58,035 nucleotides of DNA, taken from NCBI RefSeq assembly GCF_001194135.2, contig NC_068993.1, positions 49,386,565 to 49,444,599 of the forward strand, in the 5' to 3' direction. A model generated the notes under the pieces. The model was not told the origin of the DNA. It worked only from the letters and a program-made list of their open reading frames with translations, and searched no databases. Both the position numbers and the translations under genes were made by a program. Source of the stretch: Octopus bimaculoides. Taxonomy: Eukaryota. Below are positions 1 through 12,380 of this stretch, piece by piece. The number at the start of each line of letters is the position of its first letter. The first letter of the stretch is position 1.

Positions 1-49
<49 letters not shown>

Positions 50-75
50 TATACATATACACATACACATATATA
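1..75. repeat. (AT)n/(AC)n compound microsatellite
   Basis: Direct reading of the dinucleotide runs. Confidence 0.95.
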
Positions 76-553
76 AAATTGAGTAGTTTGTATTAGGAAA
101 CTCTTAAAATTATTTTGTCAAAGTACATACTGAAAGCGTATTTCTATTTTGTTTATTGTAGAGAAACAGTTTTAATACATCTAAGAAATTCTGATGACAA
201 TCATATTAATAATACAGGGATGATAGTGGTAGTGATGATGATCATATAAAAGAAAATAAAAATTGTAAATGTTTTTTGTTGTCTTCAATATTAAAATTCT
301 ATAAAACTTGTATATAACATATACATACATACATATGGATACATATATATACATACATATACACACACATATATATAATTTTTTATTCAAAAATCCTTTA
401 TTTATTAATATTTTTAGTTGTTGATAATGTGAAAGAAAACAATTGTTATTGTTAAGAAAACTGAAAAGTGTTGTATTGATAATAATTGTTACAGTAGTAG
501 ATATCAAAAATGAATATGAAAAATTTGTGAAATATCTATTTTCATTTTTGTAT

Positions 554-554
<1 letters not shown>

Positions 555-591
<37 letters not shown>

Positions 592-1150
592 TTTATATCA
601 TCACTACTGCCATCACCAGTGTCATCATTGCTCAGTTATGATATCACCAGCTTTTTATCAGCCTCTACTTTTCACTCCATCATCATCACTTTGACATTAC
701 TGCCAATGCTATAATAACTACCTTATCACCATCTTCGCTGTGGTTATTTTATCACCATCAGCACTAACCATATTATTACTATTATAATGACTACTATAAC
801 AGTCTCATCACCATTACCACTATATCTGCCTTATCACTGTCACCACTATAACTGTAGTATTACCACTACCATCACCTCTATCCTTGCCTTATCACCATTG
901 TAACTCTAGCTGTCTTATCATCATTACAATCGTAGCTATTTTATCACCACCAACACTATGGCTGTTTTGTCACCATCAGCACTTTGGCTGTTTTATTACC
1001 ATAAGCACTATGGCTGTCTTATCACCAACAGTTCTATAGCTGTATTATTATCACCATCATCATTATGGCTGTTTTATCACTATCTGTATTATGGTTGTAT
1101 TATTACTATTGCCATTCATATTATAACTGCCTTATCACCATCACTACTGT
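555..1150. repeat. (TAC)n microsatellite grading into a degenerate ~26-bp minisatellite
   Basis: (TAC)n at ~555-592, then units such as ttatcaccaccaacactatggctgtt / ttgtcaccatcagcactttggctgtt / ttattaccataagcactatggctgtc around 940-1080. Confidence 0.75.
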
Positions 1151-2060
1151 CGCTGCTCTCCACCTCCACGACAGACTTGGTCACCTAGGTAGCGGAAGCT
1201 ATCAACTACTTCTAGTTTCTCCAACTGGTACGTGATGGGATCTGTTTTCTGAGCATCTGTGGTGTTTATTGCCCCTGTGCATCTGCCACCCACGAAAGCT
1301 ATCTTCCTGGTTTACCTTCCTTTGATATTGCTGCACCTGTTATGCATCCATAGCTTACACTGGGTACAGGGAGTTTCTACCTACACCTTTTTTACAGATC
1401 AAGCAGGGCCATCTTCCTGAAGGGGTCTGTGATGCGTTCGCCTTCCTACTTACTAGGACTTTATTTTTTGCGAGATTGACTCTAAGGCCCTTTGATTCTA
1501 AACCTTGCTTCCGCACCTGAAATTTCCTCTCTAATTCTGGTAGTGATTCTGCTATGAGAGCCAGGTCATCAGCATAGAGGGGCTCCCAGGGGCAACCTGT
1601 CTTGAATTCCTCTGTTATTGCCTGGAGGACTATGATGAATAATAGGGGGCTGAGGCCTGATCCTTGGTGGACCCTACTTCTTCCCGGAATTCTTCACTAT
1701 ACTCATTGCCAACCCTAACCTTACTAACGGCATCTCTGTACAGGGCCTGTACAGCCCTTATTAACCATTCATCAATCTCTAGTTTCTGCATCGCCCACCA
1801 GATAAGGGATTGGGGGACACTGTTAAAAGCTTTCTGCAAGTCCACAAAAGCCAAGTATAGGGGTTTGTCTTTTGCTAGGTATTTCTCCTGCAGTTGCAGT
1901 ACCAGGAATATAGCATCAGTGGTGCTTCTACCCGGCACAAAACCAAACTGCATCTCATCTAAGCAGACTCTCTCCCTAATTAGTTGGGTTATGACCCTCT
2001 CCGTGACCTTCATCACCTGATCCAGCAGTTTGATACCCCTGTAGTTATTTCTATCTAAAG
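1150..2060 (-). mobile_element. RTE-clade non-LTR retrotransposon fragment (reverse transcriptase plus downstream Cys-rich region), frameshifted
   Basis: Translation NYRGIKLLDQVMK..QFGFVPGRSTTDAIF..LAFVDLQKAFNSVP; after a frameshift near 1670, HQGSGLSPLLFIIVL..PLYADD (YADD at 1565-1576), then WPCLICKKGVG. Confidence 0.92.
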
Positions 2061-2093
2061 CATACATATATATATATATATATATATGTATAT

Positions 2094-2125
<32 letters not shown>
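2061..2125. repeat. (TA)n/(CA)n microsatellite at the abrupt end of the RTE fragment
   Basis: Direct reading. Confidence 0.95.
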
Positions 2126-2127
<2 letters not shown>

Positions 2128-3029
2128 GATAGGTATCTGCCAGCTAATGTGTGTGCTATTCTAGGCTGTAATGCTACTGTGCTAGAAGCAAAACCAATAT
2201 CTCCAGAAACGAATTTTTTCCTGCTAGTTTTGGAGAACCTCTGAAAAAAGGTCATAATTAGTGACCTTTCTATTTTCATTAAGACATTAAAAAAAGAAAT
2301 AATTACGATATCACCTCCAGCCATAACTATAATATCAACAACATCACTCCTAGCCATCTATAATGATAACAGTATCATCACTAGCCATCAACAGTAACTA
2401 CAGTAATATCACCACTAGTCATTACTGCAGTACTGCCACAAGTCATCACTTAATAACAGCAATATCACTACCAGTTTATAACAGTTCATCAGTTTCTCAT
2501 TCATTTGTTGGTTATCCCTGTTAAATGTTTTAAAATTCATTGACAGATTATGGAAAATAATGACAGTTAAAAAACAAAAGTTTAGCTAAAAAGTAACAAT
2601 TAAAAACAAAAAACTAAATAAGCTAAACAAAAATAATCTGCCAATATTAACTGGAATTTAGAATATTTTCTGTAATTAGGAATTATCCTCTCCCCTCTGC
2701 ATATTTATTTATATTTTAATTCACCTATCAAATCTAATTTTATTAAAACTGACTAACATTTATGGAATGTCATGATATGCTATGTTAAAACATTGAATTA
2801 TCCATTTCCTTAGAAAAAAAAAATTAAACTGGCAACCTTTATTTCCAGTTACTTCTCATCTGACATTTGGTGAAAACCTGCATGTTCGTTAAGAGACTAA
2901 TAACTAATTTTTCATGAAATCATCTAAAATTATCAAATGACAGTTTATAATTAAAGTTAAAATTTTTAGTTTGTTTGATTTTTTTTTTTTTTTTTTAAAT
3001 TTAGATATTTGCAAGACTTTTTATAGTAA

Positions 3030-3360
3030 AACTGGCCGATGTTGATCTGTAGTCATCTTGCCTCATATAAACCCAAGGAAATCATGATGATCAGTGACCT
3101 GATCTTCATAGAATGTTCTTCTGAACTAGCTTGTTGTATAATCTCTCTTCTCAGGCCAACTTGTTCCTCATACATTAGTTATTTGTCACCCTTGCAGTGT
3201 ATTGCCTCCCAGTTCCTGTATTAAACACTTAAACCAAGCCTTCTTCCCCAGAAATGTAATCTTCTGAAATTCTCACCTTTATGTTTTCCCGATAGATATT
3301 CAAGATAAACATATCTACCTCAATTTCTCCAGTCTTTAAACTCTTCTTCTCTTCTAATTA
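3030..3360 (-). mobile_element. Highly decayed RTE-like RT fragment
   Basis: SLKTGEIEVDMFILNIYRENIKVRISEDYISGEEGLV* loosely aligns with AMQKLEIDEWLIRAVQALYRDAVSKVRVGNEYSEEF of the 1150-2060 copy. Confidence 0.4.
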
Positions 3361-5014
3361 TCTTGTAAAAAACATAAAGAAATGTTTCTGTTTAGAGGTG
3401 CACCACAGCTACTAAAAAACAAAAATGAATAGTTTCCTCTTGAATTTATTAAATTGACAAAGTACCACACTTTAACAATTTGACCATTAAAAGTGAAGTT
3501 GACGCAGTTATTTGATACTATACGGTCATAACGTGAGAACAAGGTGATGCTCATAAACACTAATTACAAAACTGTAATTAAAATATGTTCTAAAGCAGAG
3601 CATGTATCATGAAGTTATTTTAAATATTAGATGGTGAGGAGATTTTGTGTGTTGCATGTTGATGTATAGGAGGAAAACCATAAACCTGATGAAATACTAA
3701 TTTTTCTTCTTTTTTCTTATCATCTAGAAAGTATAAGAAAATGCTATTAAGCTCAGTCTATATGCAAGTGATGTGATAAATTAATCAAATTTTTCTCAGT
3801 TTTATATGCTATTAACCCCTTAGTATTACAATTCTAACGGTTTCAGAAATGGTGATGTATTCTCAGAACATCATCATCAGAGTAAAAAAAAAAAAAAGGT
3901 AACAACAACAACAAAAAACTTTGAGTTTGTTTTTCTTGTGCCACATAATGTAACAACAAAATAGCTGAATATATTCATTTTGAATAAACATTGCTGCATT
4001 TATAGCAGCTGGTTTTGTCTGGTTCCAATGCAAAAGTGTTATGGCAGAAATCCTGCATAAGTCGCTGCGGCATATATATAAGATACGGCTTTTATTATCA
4101 GTGAAAAATAAGTCTTCATGATATCTTGTGGAAACTCTTGTAGTTAAAATATTGCTTTTATTCAACTGTGTGATGTTTTAGCTAATAGATTCTGAGAAAA
4201 TGTCAAGAACATAGATTGGTTTGTTTGCTTCTAATATCAGTCTAAGTAATGATCAGAGACTTGGAATTCTACCTTCATCTCTAATTCCCCAAAGTTTAGC
4301 TGTCATCCGATATTTTACCCCTTGCTTTAGAGTGTTTCCCTAAATCAGTTGGAAAAGGTCACTAGAAAGATTTACAACAGTTGATTTCAGATTGTTAACA
4401 ACTTTTTTTTTTTTTTACTACCTTCCTTGTATTTTTTTCATGCTTCACATTTCAGTTATCCTCTTCATCTTCTTCGTCTTTGTCTCATTCTCTTCATTTT
4501 CCTTCTTTGTTTTCCTTTTCTCTGTAGTTGTTCTTTTATCATCATTTTTTTCTCCATATTTTTTTTTTCTTTTTCTCAATTGTTTGTTTATTTCTCAAGT
4601 CAAAAATAAATTATTTGGATATTTTTCATGACCTTTCTTTCTTTTTTTCTTCTCGCCCAAAGTCCTGGACTTGGTATTTTCATCTGTTTCTGTTTTTTAA
4701 CAACCGTTTGTTTGTTCACTGAACTGGAAGCCATCATCCAAAATTCATACTATCCTCTGATTGTTAGATTTTTAATATAGATCTTAGTCCAGTATATATA
4801 ATTATATATATAGCAATGCTCCCATGTATGCTGGCAAACTGAAACCATACTGTTGCTTGTAATTGTGGGTAAATGACTTGATTTCTTTACAACAACTCAC
4901 ATCCTTATGCCTTAGAAATACATAAATTTATGATTGAATCAATGAAAATATTTCTAAAGTAATTGTATTGTTTGTGTGCATAAATGCGTAACTTTTAAAG
5001 TCATATATGCACAT

Positions 5015-5085
5015 GTGCACACAGATGCAAGCACACTCACGCAGATGCATGCACATACACATACACACACAGATGCATGCACATG

Positions 5086-5157
<72 letters not shown>
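5015..5157. repeat. (CA)n microsatellite with degenerate flank
   Basis: Direct reading; source of the poly-VC and poly-HT ORFs. Confidence 0.95.
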
Positions 5158-5159
<2 letters not shown>

Positions 5160-5699
5160 GTAAGAGTTGCATATGTTACATTTCAGGTGTTTCAGAACCA
5201 CACGACAAGAAAAAAATTTTAACATTTTTTATTGTTGCTTACACATAAAAAAAAAAAAAATTTTAATATAAATATTACTATATACATGTATTCAATAATA
5301 TTTATTCGTGTATGTAGTTTTTACAATGCTATTTTGTATTAGTTTGTGCAATCTCACACACATATATCAAATATTTTCAAAATCTTGACAAATAATTTTT
5401 TCGGCTGTATTGAGTGTATTTAATATAGTAATGGACTTCAGAAACATTTTTAAAAAAATATTCAAATTTGCATTTCTGTAATATAAAATTTAAACTGCCA
5501 AAAGCAAATTTAAGAGCGAGAAAAAAACAGTCTTTTAAATATTATCTATTTTAATAAATATCTAATCAATAAAATATAAGATATTTTGATAAGATATTAC
5601 CTTCAAAATCTTAAATTTTTATGGCACACAGACAATGCTATAATTATCAGGTCATTACAGCCACTATTTACTGCTAGTTGAGATCTTGTGGGTTTCCTT

Positions 5700-7110
5700 A
5701 TTAGGTGTAAGTCATTTAAAATCTGGTCAGTATGTTGTTAAAGTTGTGAAAAATGATCTTTTGCTGATGTGTTTTAAGGGTTGCATGGTGTTTTGACTTC
5801 ACAAACTTCATTACAGAGTGCAAGAAATTCACAGCAGTATGTTGTGCTAAAAGCTGGGTTGCACACTAGCTTTCCGAAGCTCAAGCAGATCGTCTTTAAA
5901 TCCAGAGCTTTCTGTAGTTCCACTTGTTCCATTTGCACAGCAGATGATTTGGTAACCAGAGATGCAAGAACTAGACCATAGCAACCATGAATGGATTTAC
6001 AAGAAGAGCAAATCAAGGCTTCAGCTTCTGTAAGTCATCAAACCTGGATAGAAAATTATGAAGTAATTCTTGTAATTCATCTTAGTACTCTTCCAGTTTG
6101 TGGCCATTTATTTCAGTATCAGGGAATATATTTACACTTTTACTAAGATGGTAGGGAAATGTGACTGGAGATGTTTAACAATTGTATGAGTAAGATTAGA
6201 AACAATTTTCCCTTTCTCCTGGAGTGCCAAACTGAGGATCCATGGGTAATTAATTTTATCAGTAAAGAATGTCAAATATTGCATCTATTCTCTATTTTTC
6301 AGATGAGAGGATCTTTTTTCCTTTTTTTAATGGAAAGCAATAATCTGCTACAAGAAATCTACCACTGACAGCCATCTTACAATGCAGTATAGAGAGAGAC
6401 ATAACTATATTAATCCCCAAACTCCAGTCCTTCAATAAAGTTGTATCTTATCGAGTATGAAATTGACAATTTCAAGGACAGATTTCATAATTGAAGTATC
6501 TAGTTACCAAGCGTTCAGAAACGGACAGGGAGAAACTCTGCAAAGCGTAGATAATTTTTCCAAAGTGCAACCAATCTTGCATTTTCCCACACCATTTTTT
6601 AAGTGCTTCATCTTTTGGCATACATGATCTTTAAATCATTTTACATTTTGCTTGCAACATCAGCACTGATGGGGGAGATATACTTCTCTCTAGTGTAGTG
6701 TGAGCCTGTTTGTTTATTTTATTATATTTAACACAACAACTTCAGCTGTATTTCCCTTAGGAACTTTCACCATCAGAATGTGGGTGTTCAGCATGCACAA
6801 TATTTCATGATACGATAAAGCTAGTTACTTACTGAACATTGTCAACAATATCTGCTGGTAATTTAGTGCTCATGATAACAAGTGTTTTCTCCTTAATTCT
6901 GATTTAAGTGGATAATCATATTGTGGTATTTCAATTCAGTTTGTGATAACTGCGTGACACAGCCACACACATGGCAGATAATATATAAGATTTACCCCCA
7001 CTTCACAGTAAATGAAAAATTTTCTTCTCTCTCTGGCTTAAAATTCTGTTTTTAACTTCCTATCCTCTTTGCTTGTTGATGCTATCTTCCTTAAAATATT
7101 TTGGAGATAG
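5700..7110 (-). mobile_element. Decayed hAT (Charlie/SPIN, ZBED5-like) transposase relic
   Basis: Frameshifted motifs in hAT order: AEHPHSDGE (~6780), MKSVLEIVNFI (~6490), YCIVRWLS (~6380), QMEQVELQ (~5930) and dimerisation-domain FSTTYCCE/FLHSVMKFVKSKHHATL (~5850-5770). Confidence 0.8.
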
Positions 7111-7322
7111 TTGTAAAAAACAAATTGTATCCAAAGAATACCAACTTGGTTTGTGTTCTGAGGACCTAGACTAGTTAAACTACTACTGACCGCACCCATT
7201 CCTAACATACTTAAATCCTTAACCGCTGTACCCACAACTTCAGTCCTCCTATATTTCACACAATTTGTAAATTGTCTTTGTAATGTCCCATCATTCATTG
7301 CCTTTCAGGTAATAATAAAGAA

Positions 7323-7358
<36 letters not shown>

Positions 7359-7633
7359 GACTTTTGGATTATGCCACATTCTTATCTATAACATTTGTTA
7401 CTGTTCTCCAATTAAGAATTAAAGAATGAAAGTAACTTTCTTTGTTGGAGTATAGAAAATACATTACAATAATAAAGAATTGTCTCATCTAAACTTAACC
7501 ATATATAGCTTTTTTTTATTAACATTTCTTGATTCATACCACTTTCTTTTATTTATAAAGTAATAGTGTTATGTTAGCATATGTCACTATAAATGTTACC
7601 AAATCTTAATGTTATGCTATACTGACACTCTTA

Positions 7634-7962
7634 GATGTGAAGGCATGTGGCTTAGTGGTTAGGGGTATTTGGCTCACAATCATAAGGTCATGAGTTTGAT
7701 TACTGACAGTGTGTTGTATCCTTGAGCAAGACACTTTATTTCATGTTGCTCCAGTGAAATCTGCTGGCAAAAATGAGTAGTACCTGTAATTCAAAGGGCC
7801 AGTCTTGTCACATTCTGTGTCATGCTGAATCTCCCTGAGAGCTATGTTAAGGATACATGTGGCTGTGAAATACTCAGCCACTTTCACATTAACTTTATGA
7901 GCTGGCTGTTTCATTGATCAGATCAACTGGAACCCTTATCATCGTAACTGACAGAGTGCCAG
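7634..7962 (+). mobile_element. tRNA-derived SINE (family E), old CpG-depleted copy
   Basis: A-box-like TGGCTTAGTGG head, tccttgagcaagacactt core, and 3' half homologous to the 48655-48988 copy. Confidence 0.85.
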
Positions 7963-8143
7963 TTAAGGTGTGTTTTGGAACCTATTGAGCTATAGGGACT
8001 CTATTTGAAATTGAAATTTGAAATAGTTTTCCTATGCTAATTCAGTCCTCTGACCCTACAGAAGATATACTCAAAGAATGGTTAGAGACCAAGATATTAA
8101 AATAAAGAAAATCTCATCTATACATTGTTCTTATTACTTTCAG

Positions 8144-8198
8144 CAATGAAATCTGCTTTTCATTGTATGCATTTATAAACAGTTGCAAAGAACCATTT
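8144..8198 (+). CDS. Candidate internal exon (NEICFSLYAFINSCKEPF), product unknown
   Basis: ttattactttcag acceptor, TTT|gtaagt donor, one open frame. Confidence 0.22.
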
Positions 8199-8404
8199 GT
8201 AAGTTGTGCATTTTGACAAAGAATATAGAATAGGAATACAAACAATTTATATAATTCTTATTGTACTGGCCAACTGTATGTCTCCTTTCTTAAATTATTT
8301 AGAATATGATATACTTGAAACATTTTTGGCAACAATGAACTACAAGACGGAACAGAATGATGCTTATTCTGTAGATCTGCTCATACTGTGTTTGCAGAGA
8401 AAAC

Positions 8405-8475
8405 AGTGATGATGATGATGATGATGATGATGATAACAATGACATTGATGATGTTAACAATGATGATGATGACAT
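8405..8475. repeat. (GAT)n microsatellite
   Basis: Direct reading. Confidence 0.9.
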
Positions 8476-9534
8476 TATTTAATATTTTGTTCTTTTACCC
8501 AACTGTATCTAACTGAAAGTGATGGTTGTACTTGAAATATCCAGTTATTTCAATGGATTCAAATGGAGAAAAATTAATTAAAATTTAAGCAAAATCTGTA
8601 GTGCTCTTTTATTCTAATTCCTACCCATGTAGCGAAGGGCTTCCTTCTATTCAATTCTGATCAATTCTAACTTTTTACCGTAGGGTAATATGAATATTTT
8701 GTTGATTCCAAAACAGAAACTATAAAGAATTTAAGTCTGGCGCTTTACTATTTATGCCAAATCACCCATCCTACTTAAATCTTAATACTGATTTTAAGTT
8801 GTCTAGTTTTTCAAATACACCCTGGTTTCTGAATATATTTTGCAGACTTTTTTTCTTGTAATTTAAATTTTTAATAAGTTTTCTTTATGGTGACATTGTA
8901 ATGTTTCATCTAAGTATGAGCTTAACGTTCATTTCTACAGAACAATTAGTTGAAGATGAATTGTCTTTTCGGGCTCATGATATTGAATCTTCTGTAACAA
9001 AGAAGGCACTGAGGGCAGAAGAAGACTGGGGATGGGGAGGGATAGCTGAGATCGTTAGGGGAGTAGAGTTAATATAAATTGCTTCATTGTCTGATGAGCT
9101 CTCCAGTATAAAGGAGATGAATTTGAAATATTAATTTTTAATAGGAATTGAATTGAATGTTTGGAAACGCTACTAATAATAATAATGATGGTGATGATAA
9201 TGATGACGACGATGAAGATGATGATGATGACGACAATAATAATAAAAATAAATACTTAGAAAGATAGCAGTGATGATGATAGATATCTAGAAAAATTTTA
9301 AAGACATTCTCTAATGAAGCAACTTGCCACTTTATATTGAGAAATTCTAAGTTTAATTGTGACAATAGATCAAAGCCTCTTGAACTTTGTTTTTCCTCAT
9401 TTAATCATGAAATTCTTCAGTTTGAATCTTTAGGCAATAAATTGTTATAAACTAGTGGAAAGGCGATAAGAAAAATTGTAAACACTAAAAACATTAAAGA
9501 AAACATCATAATAATAATAATAGGATTTCATGCA

Positions 9535-9592
9535 TGTGTGTGTGTGTTCGTGTGTGCATGTGCGTGTGTGTGTGTGTATGTGTGTGTGTGTG

Positions 9593-9638
<46 letters not shown>

Positions 9639-9770
9639 TTATTCAAATTTTGAAATTAAAAATGAAGATTTCAAATATTTCTTAAGGGGTGGTGAGGAAA
9701 GTGCGTGTGTGTGTGTGAGTGTGTTGTGTGTGTGTGTGAGTGTGTTGTGTGTGTGTGAGCATGTGTGCAG
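9535..9770. repeat. (TG)n/(TA)n compound microsatellites
   Basis: Direct reading. Confidence 0.9.
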
Positions 9771-10284
9771 TACTTGGTTTATTGAAATCGGCAATGATTG
9801 TCTTCAGCTTGGTTGGGTCGATTTTCTCAACAAATACAGTATCGCTTCAACTGCATATTATCGCAAACAATTGCCACATTTGTTTTGTTATATTTTGAAA
9901 CTTATTCTTCCTCCATTAGAAAATTTTTCATTTAGTCTTCTTTATTCCACACATCATCTTTCCACAACCATCATCCATTGCCATTGCTAGTGTCACCGCC
10001 TTTCTTTTTACATTCTCATCTATTGCCACATTTCTCTTAACATTTTAACATTTTCTCATCTCTTTCCAGAAAGAATTTCATTTTACTTTGCAGTGAGTGG
10101 GGAGAGAGAAATGACTTTTATATATTTATTTATATATTTATTTATTCATTTATTTGTTCATTCATTTATTTATTTATTTATTTATTCATTTATTTTATTT
10201 CCCCACTTTCTGCTTTCATCATTGTAATTTTTTTTCCATTTCCCCCACCAAAAAAATAAAGAAAAAAATGAATAATAATAGCTG

Positions 10285-10510
10285 TTTCTAATTTAGGTAC
10301 AAGGCTAGCAAAGCTAGCATCTTTGAGGATAGAGGGTTAATCAATATCATCAACCTCAGTATTAAACTGGTACTTTATATTATTGACCCCAAGGGAATAA
10401 AAGGCAAAGTTGACCTTGGTGAAATTTGAACTTAAATTATAAAGAGCTCGAAGAAATACCGCAAGACATTTTATCTGATGAACTAATGATTCTGCCGGTC
10501 CTCCATCCTA
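10285..10510 (-). mobile_element. SINE family B, old copy
   Basis: Homologous to the reverse complement of 52959-53185 (tttctaatttaggtacaagg..aactggtacttt..aaaggcaaagttgacc..atttgaact). Confidence 0.85.
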
Positions 10511-10548
10511 ATGATTATCATATTTCAAATAATAATGATATTAGTAAT

Positions 10549-10760
10549 GGTTTCAAATTTTGGCACAAAGCCAGCAATTTGTTAGTATGTTGATTACATC
10601 ATCTTTAATACTTAACTGGTACTTTATTTTATCGACCTTGTGACGATAAAAGACAAGGTTGACTCTGACAGTATCTGAACCCAAAGTGTAATAAGGTAGA
10701 AGAAATACTGCAACCCATTTTGTCTGATGTACTAACGAATCTGCTAATTTATCATCCTAA
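10549..10760 (-). mobile_element. SINE family B, old copy, tandem to the previous one
   Basis: tttcaaattttggcacaaagccagc..aactggtacttt..gacaaggttgac..tctgaacc. Confidence 0.85.
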
Positions 10761-11212
10761 TAATTACAATAATTGCAATGATGATGACGACGACGATGAT
10801 AACAACAATAATTATAAGTAAATAAAAATAACAGAACTTTAAATTTTGAAATGTTGTAAAACCCATTTAAACATTATTTTGTTTGTTTGTTGGTTTAGCA
10901 GAAGCTAATATTTTGGATGGTTGAAGACTAGAAAATGAGACAAGTGCTGTTTTACCTTTTCTAATGAGACACTCACATGCATATAAAAATGATGTTCAAA
11001 ATTCCAGCCTCTTTCTCAACTATAATTATTTCCAAGCCATGTTAATTTTCTAAATTATATTTTAGTGTTTGTTTGAAGTAATATTTTCCAGATTGTTGAT
11101 GATTGTTGTTTTTAAATAATTCTAACTTAAGAAAAACAAAACAAGAAGAAAAAAACAGCAAAAAGCTATTATTATTTGACACACCCACATATACACACCT
11201 ACACACACACAC

Positions 11213-11248
<36 letters not shown>

Positions 11249-11581
11249 TGTTTTAGCAAATTATCACAAAATTATTAGCTGGTAATTTTTATTTTTAAGT
11301 AATCAATTTAGGAAATAATATGTTCATTTTTCTTCTTTTTTTTTCCTTCTAATTGTCCAATTGCGTTTTCATGTGTCAGGGGAAGGTGGTGTTACAATAG
11401 CACTGAGAATCAGTATTTTTAGTACAACATGTGATTTAGTCATTTCAAGATTACAGTTTCTCATCTTGAGCGTCTTGTAACTAAACAAACTTAGCGGTTT
11501 CATTATTGTTTTGCAAACATTATCACTCCATCTTTGTACTTGCCATTGACTACATGCAAATATATGTAGGTATACATATTG

Positions 11582-11795
11582 ATTTCAAATTTTGGCACAA
11601 GGCCAGCAATTTCAGGGGAGGAATAAGTCAATTACATTAACCCGATGTTCAACTGGTACTTATTTTATCAACCCTGGGCAGACAAAAGGCAAGTTAACCT
11701 TGGCAGAATTTGAACTCAGAACATAAAAACAGAAGGTTTGCCACTAAACATTTTGCCCAGCATGGTGGAAACAATTCTGCCATCTCACCACCTTT
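11582..11795 (-). mobile_element. SINE family B
   Basis: tttcaaattttggcacaaggccagc..aactggtacttattttatc..atttgaactcagaac. Confidence 0.9.
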
Positions 11796-11889
11796 GCAGA
11801 TATACATATTACACCTGTCATTTTAAATAGATACATATTTCATTGATGAGCCAGTTGGTTTTGTTTTCTGAACTACAAATAAATCTCAG

Positions 11890-12380
11890 GGTAATAGGAT
11901 TTTTGTAATATAAAGAGATGATTTCAGACATTGTCTACATAGATATATTGATAGACTGTTTACAGCAGGCACCCCAAAAGCTAAACAGATTTTTCCAAAC
12001 TGCTTGCAATATGTGCTGTAATACAAGGCCTGTGACATTGAGTTCTTCAATTACATTGTATTACATCACATTCATATTCTCCTGTGCCATCTTCTGCACT
12101 GCCTTGATCCCATTAGCAGAATGGATAACAAACTACATAATGTGACGAACACTCTCAAGGTCTTTCTAAATTACTTCAGTATCAATCCAGAGTCATAGAA
12201 GAGCATTGCTTCTGAAATCTACATAGTCTCATAAAGAAAAGTATCATAAAGTTTGAACAAGGCAAAGAAGCTGCACAAAATAGATAACTGAGAAAGTCCA
12301 GAGCTTCTGATGTATTGACAAAAAGCCGCTCAGACAACTTCATGTTTAATGCTATGGTAATCATCCTATATGAATGTATG
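11890..12380 (-). mobile_element. Decayed mariner-type transposase N-terminal fragment
   Basis: MKLSERLFVNTSEALDFLSYLF..IKAVQKMAQENMNVM*YNVIEELNVTGLVLQHILQAVWK resembles the mariner helix-turn-helix region (VRELIEEDRRIT..IAEELGIS..HTILHE..RWVP). Confidence 0.65.

Noticed and set aside
3278-3352. Minus-strand exon-like segment with AAG|gtgaga donor
   Set aside because: Better explained as a decayed RTE RT fragment
4928-5248. ORFs with poly-VC, poly-HT, poly-SL, poly-RE or poly-YI (here and at 9538, 19818-20158, 31807, 33337, 42995, 46839, 56177-57135)
   Set aside because: Translations of dinucleotide microsatellites
8941-8993. SH3-like EDELSFRAHDI motif
   Set aside because: No ALYDY-type segment before it, no WW/GxxP motif after it, and no good donor; treated as chance
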